A stretch of 64,000 nt of DNA from Alphaproteobacteria bacterium (GTDB lineage Bacteria > Pseudomonadota > Alphaproteobacteria > JAQWUY01). A program made the position numbers and the translations under genes. The notes beneath the pieces were generated by a model. It was not told the origin of the DNA and did not search any database. It saw only the letters and a program-made list of their open reading frames with translations. The DNA lies in assembly GCA_029250225.1 (NCBI GenBank), contig JAQWUY010000010.1:5209-69208 (forward strand). The letters run 5' to 3'. Positions 59,964 through 64,000 of the stretch are shown in pieces (within the stretch, counting starts at the first letter, position 1; each line of letters starts with the position of its first letter).

Positions 59964-60593
59964 TTAATATTCTATTCCTAGCTGTGCTTTCACATCATCT
60001 CTGAAATGATGTTTTACCATTTCCATTTCAGTTGTAAGATCTGACAACTCTATAATATCATCGTGAGCCTTGCGACCTGTTAGGACAATGTGTAAATCTT
60101 CGCGTTTATTTTTTAAAGTATTTTTAACATCTTCTAAATCAATATAATCATATTTTAGCACTATGTTTATTTCATCTAAGATAACCATTTTAATTTCTGG
60201 ATTATTTATTAATGATTTTGCTTCATTCCAAGCAATGTTAGCTAGTTCAATATCGCGATCTCGGTTTTGAGTTTTCCAAGTAAAACCTTCGCCCATCGCT
60301 TTTATTGTACATAATTCAGGAAAGTGATTTAAAACTTTTGTTTCACCAGTTGACCACGCACCTTTTACGAATTGTATTATGCCAATTTTCATATCGTTAC
60401 CAATAGCGCGAATTGCAAGCCCCATCGCAGCCGTAGTCTTGCCCTTGCCTTTACCTGTATGAACCATTATCAGGCCTTTTTCTTTAGTTTTACGAGCTAG
60501 CATTTTATCGCGAGCGCTATCTTTTCGTGCCATTTTTTGATTATGGCGTTCTGTTTTTTCAGTCTCACTTAAATTTGCATATTTATGATTCAT
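59964..60593 (-). CDS. cobO: Cob(I)yrinic acid a,c-diamide adenosyltransferase
   Basis: HTGKGKGKTTAAMG, IQFVKG, MGEGFTW, LDEIN, LTGR, GIEY. Confidence 0.95.
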   Translation of the reverse strand: MNHKYANLSETEKTERHNQKMARKDSARDKMLARKTKEKGLIMVHTGKGKGKTTAAMGLAIRAIGNDMKIGIIQFVKGAWSTGETKVLNHFPELCTIKAMGEGFTWKTQNRDRDIELANIAWNEAKSLINNPEIKMVILDEINIVLKYDYIDLEDVKNTLKNKREDLHIVLTGRKAHDDIIELSDLTTEMEMVKHHFRDDVKAQLGIEY

Positions 60594-63500
60594 TGCTTTC
60601 CCCTAATAAAGATTCTAGTAATTGTTGTGTACTATTTTTTAATTGTCTATCCCATAATCCACGATTTATTGCATCTTGAAATTTATTTAATATATCTTGG
60701 TATGCTTGAAAATTATTTTCAATCAAAAAATTCCGTACTGTTTCATTTTCTATATAAGCATCAAATAATTGTTCAAAATGATGATTATCAACGACTTTCG
60801 CCGTTGCTGAAAAAGCGTATAAATAATCAACAGTTGCAGATATTTCAAATGCCCCCTTATAACCGTGCTTCATAATAGAATTTATCCATTTAGGATTAGA
60901 TGCCCTAGCCCTTACAATTCGCGATATTTCTTCGTTCAATGTACGCACTTTGGGATTTTCAATTCTTGAATGATCATTATGATAAAGAATTGGGTTTTTT
61001 CCACTATAATGGCGAACAGCACTCGCCATACCGCCTTGAAATTGATAATAATCATCACTATCTAGGATATCGTGTTCGCGGTTATCTTGGTTATGCAATA
61101 CAGCTTGAACACTTCGCAACCTATGAATAAATACATCTTTGTTATAATAACCATCAAGACCGCCACCATAAGCATAAGCACCCCATTCAATGTATGTTTG
61201 TGCTAAATCAAGGTCACTTTCCCATATTCCTTCGTCCATCAATGCCTGCATACCAGCCCCATAGGCACCTGGTTTTGAACCAAAAACCCTTGCCCCTGCA
61301 AGAAGTTCAGGATTTTCATAATCTGCATATTTTTTTAAATCTTTGTCAAATCTTTGTTTTATTGGATTATCGAAATAAGATTCATCTAGGGTTGCAACTT
61401 TTCGTACTACTGAATCAACTAGATCCATTAAACCGCTAAATGCATCACGGAAAAAACCTGATACTCTTAAAACTACATCAACTCTTGGGCGACCCAGTAC
61501 AGAAACAGGTAATATTTCAAATCCTTTTACTTTACCTGTTGTATTATCCCAAACAGGTTTTGCCCCTATCAAAGATAATACCTGAGCGATATCATCTCCG
61601 CCCGTGCGCATATTTGCCGTTCCCCAAGCAGAAACAGCCATATTAGTTGGATATTCTCCGTTATCACTAACATATCTATCAATTACCATTTGAGCAGATT
61701 TCCAACCCAATTTCCAAGCACTTTGGGTTGGCAAAACACGAGTATCAACACTATAAAAATTTTTACCTGTGGGCAATACATCAATTCGCCCCCTTGTAGG
61801 TGCGCCAGAAGAACCTGATTTTACAAAACCACCATTTAATCCGTGTAATAAACTATTAATTTCATTACCACCGCAACTATCAATTAATTTCGATATATTA
61901 GTGTTGATTTCATTATAAACTATATTAGTTTTCACACCGCAAACTTTAACTTTATTATCTAGTAAATCCATTGCATATTGTTCTATTCGCTCAACAGTAT
62001 CACCATTCGTTCGCCAATTACCTAACTTTGCATATTGTAATTCAATGGGCTTTTTACCGTTATACTCTTTGCCCATTTCGCATTCTAATGGGTCAATATT
62101 AATTCCAAAATCACTAGCTATTGATTGCACTAACGAAGCATTTTTCCCGTTGCCATCATTACGAACAACGCGGGTTAATGCTATTAACAAATCTCGCCTT
62201 TGGTTGCCTGTTGGTGATGTCCCGAATATATGTAATCCATCGCGAATTTGTAATTCTTTTAATTCACATAAATATGCATCTAGTTTTTCTAGATTATTAT
62301 CATTTAACACTCTATCGGATAATCCAATCTCTTTACTAATTCCTGATTTGTAAGCTAAATCAAATATATCTTGTTTTAAAATATTTGTTCGCCTTGTGTC
62401 CATTGTACTAGCATTAAACAATTCATCTATTAATCGTTCAAGGTTTTTCATATCACCGTATGTTTCAGCCCTTGTTAAAGGCGGTGTTAAGTGGTCTATT
62501 ATAACGCTGTGTGTTCTGCGTTTTGCTTGTGTTCCTTCGCCGGGGTCATTAACGATAAATGGATAAAAATGTGGTATCGCTCCCAATACGCAATTGGGAA
62601 AACAGCTATCTGATAATGCATTTGCTTTTCCTGGTAACCATTCTAAATTGCCGTGCTTACCCATATGTATTACGGCATCAATACGGCTTTGTAAAAATGC
62701 ATAAAATGCTAAGTATCCGTGGGGTGGAACAAGATCAGCATCGTGATATGTTTTTACAGGATCTATATTATATCCTCTGGCTGGTTGTATTCCCAAATAT
62801 AAATTATTTAATTTAACAAGTGGTAAATTAAAATGTTTCTTACATTTATCATAAAAAGGGTCATTTTCATAACTACCCCATTGTTTATTTATTAATTCTA
62901 GTGAATTTTTATTAAAATCTTGTAAATAATTTTCGTATTCATCAACAGATAAAACGACATCACTTGTTTTATCATTATCAGCATTAGTTTTACTAGCTTT
63001 AACATAATTAATTAAATCATTACCATTTTTAAAATTATGCTGGATATTGTAACCTTGTTCTTGTAATGAATTTAAAATATTCAAACAACCCGCTGGTGTA
63101 TCAAGCCCAACACCATTGGCAATTCTTGAATCCTTGTTTGGATAATTAGCAAAAACAATCGATATTATTTTATCTTCATTATTTTTAATCTTTAAATTAA
63201 TGTATTTTCTAGCTAACCTAGCAACCCAAGAACAATGTTCTTGCACTGGTTCATACTTAACAATATCTGCCTGAATATTTTTATCTTTGTGTGCTGAATT
63301 TTTAAATGAAACAGCTCTTGTAATAACACGACCATCAACCTCTGGTAATGCAACATTCATTGCAACATCTTGCGGTGATAATCCATTTATATTATCTTGC
63401 CAAGCTTGTTTCGATAAGCCAGCAAATATAATTTGAAAAACCGGACTATCGATAATATCGTAAGGTGAATATATTTTATTATTGCCACTAGGTGACTTAA

Positions 63501-64000
63501 TAGCAAACCCTGTGCCGTTTAAAATTAAATGAGCGTCAATGTCTAATAAAATATCTTGAACTATTTTTGCCGAAACATCGTCTTTTAATGACGAAGTATA
63601 AATAGGTACAGCATTTAAACCTTGTTTTTCTAGGTTATCACACAAAACATCAATAACATCTGTGTTAGCTGATTGCATTAAAGCACGGTAAAAAACAATA
63701 GCTACACTTTTATTATTAGTATCAAAACTAGGTATATCATTTGCATTGCTATATTGATTTGATTTATAATATATACCTGATTTTAATAGTGGTTGAGCAG
63801 AAATATAATCAGTATAATGATTATTAATTATACTAGACAAATTAATTAAAAAGTTTTCTTTATTACCAACACCACCCTCTACAAAATATGTCCATAAATT
63901 AATATATATTTCTTTCTCAACATTAGATAAATTGAATAATTCAGCATCAAAATTTGAATCCCCAGGCAACAATACTAACTTTATATCATTTTTTTTAGCA
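60583..64000 (-). CDS. cobN: Cobaltochelatase subunit CobN (5' end beyond the window)
   Basis: VALPEVDGR, HMGKHGNLEWLPGK, NDPGEGTQAKRR, IRDGLH, LPTGKNFY, RVSGFFRDAF, NPKWI. The reading frame stays open to the window end. Confidence 0.96.
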   Translation of the reverse strand, partial: AKKNDIKLVLLPGDSNFDAELFNLSNVEKEIYINLWTYFVEGGVGNKENFLINLSSIINNHYTDYISAQPLLKSGIYYKSNQYSNANDIPSFDTNNKSVAIVFYRALMQSANTDVIDVLCDNLEKQGLNAVPIYTSSLKDDVSAKIVQDILLDIDAHLILNGTGFAIKSPSGNNKIYSPYDIIDSPVFQIIFAGLSKQAWQDNINGLSPQDVAMNVALPEVDGRVITRAVSFKNSAHKDKNIQADIVKYEPVQEHCSWVARLARKYINLKIKNNEDKIISIVFANYPNKDSRIANGVGLDTPAGCLNILNSLQEQGYNIQHNFKNGNDLINYVKASKTNADNDKTSDVVLSVDEYENYLQDFNKNSLELINKQWGSYENDPFYDKCKKHFNLPLVKLNNLYLGIQPARGYNIDPVKTYHDADLVPPHGYLAFYAFLQSRIDAVIHMGKHGNLEWLPGKANALSDSCFPNCVLGAIPHFYPFIVNDPGEGTQAKRRTHSVIIDHLTPPLTRAETYGDMKNLERLIDELFNASTMDTRRTNILKQDIFDLAYKSGISKEIGLSDRVLNDNNLEKLDAYLCELKELQIRDGLHIFGTSPTGNQRRDLLIALTRVVRNDGNGKNASLVQSIASDFGINIDPLECEMGKEYNGKKPIELQYAKLGNWRTNGDTVERIEQYAMDLLDNKVKVCGVKTNIVYNEINTNISKLIDSCGGNEINSLLHGLNGGFVKSGSSGAPTRGRIDVLPTGKNFYSVDTRVLPTQSAWKLGWKSAQMVIDRYVSDNGEYPTNMAVSAWGTANMRTGGDDIAQVLSLIGAKPVWDNTTGKVKGFEILPVSVLGRPRVDVVLRVSGFFRDAFSGLMDLVDSVVRKVATLDESYFDNPIKQRFDKDLKKYADYENPELLAGARVFGSKPGAYGAGMQALMDEGIWESDLDLAQTYIEWGAYAYGGGLDGYYNKDVFIHRLRSVQAVLHNQDNREHDILDSDDYYQFQGGMASAVRHYSGKNPILYHNDHSRIENPKVRTLNEEISRIVRARASNPKWINSIMKHGYKGAFEISATVDYLYAFSATAKVVDNHHFEQLFDAYIENETVRNFLIENNFQAYQDILNKFQDAINRGLWDRQLKNSTQQLLESLLGESNES

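Overview
AT-rich chromosomal segment, most likely from an alphaproteobacterium, judged from the gene orders rsmI-yraN-gshB, rph-rdgB-hemW, nadA-nadB-nadC and rimP-nusA-ylxR-infB-rbfA-truB-rpsO-pnp plus cobN-cobO. Most of the window is housekeeping DNA. It also holds an RNase P RNA, a TPP-riboswitch-led thiamine/HMP salvage operon and a three-gene restriction-modification system resembling HpyAVI/MnlI. The main signal is a pair of intact phage-derived modules embedded among housekeeping genes, with no integrase, replication genes or visible att repeats. One is a lysis operon (membrane protein, SleB-type endolysin, GTA-type holin; 21709-22950, +). The other is a podovirus-type virion operon (capsid, small protein, tail adaptor, nozzle, small protein, tail fibre, chaperone-like protein, large terminase; 25604-32561, -). 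They are separated by pyrD, a HAD hydrolase and plsC. Their promoters share an 18-bp quasi-palindromic box (17/18 identical) just downstream of TTGACA, and each leader carries a terminator-like hairpin. I interpret this as a candidate domesticated, co-regulated, podovirus-derived gene transfer agent whose portal, scaffold and regulator genes lie outside the window. That interpretation is inference. All family assignments come from motif recognition by eye; no database search was run.
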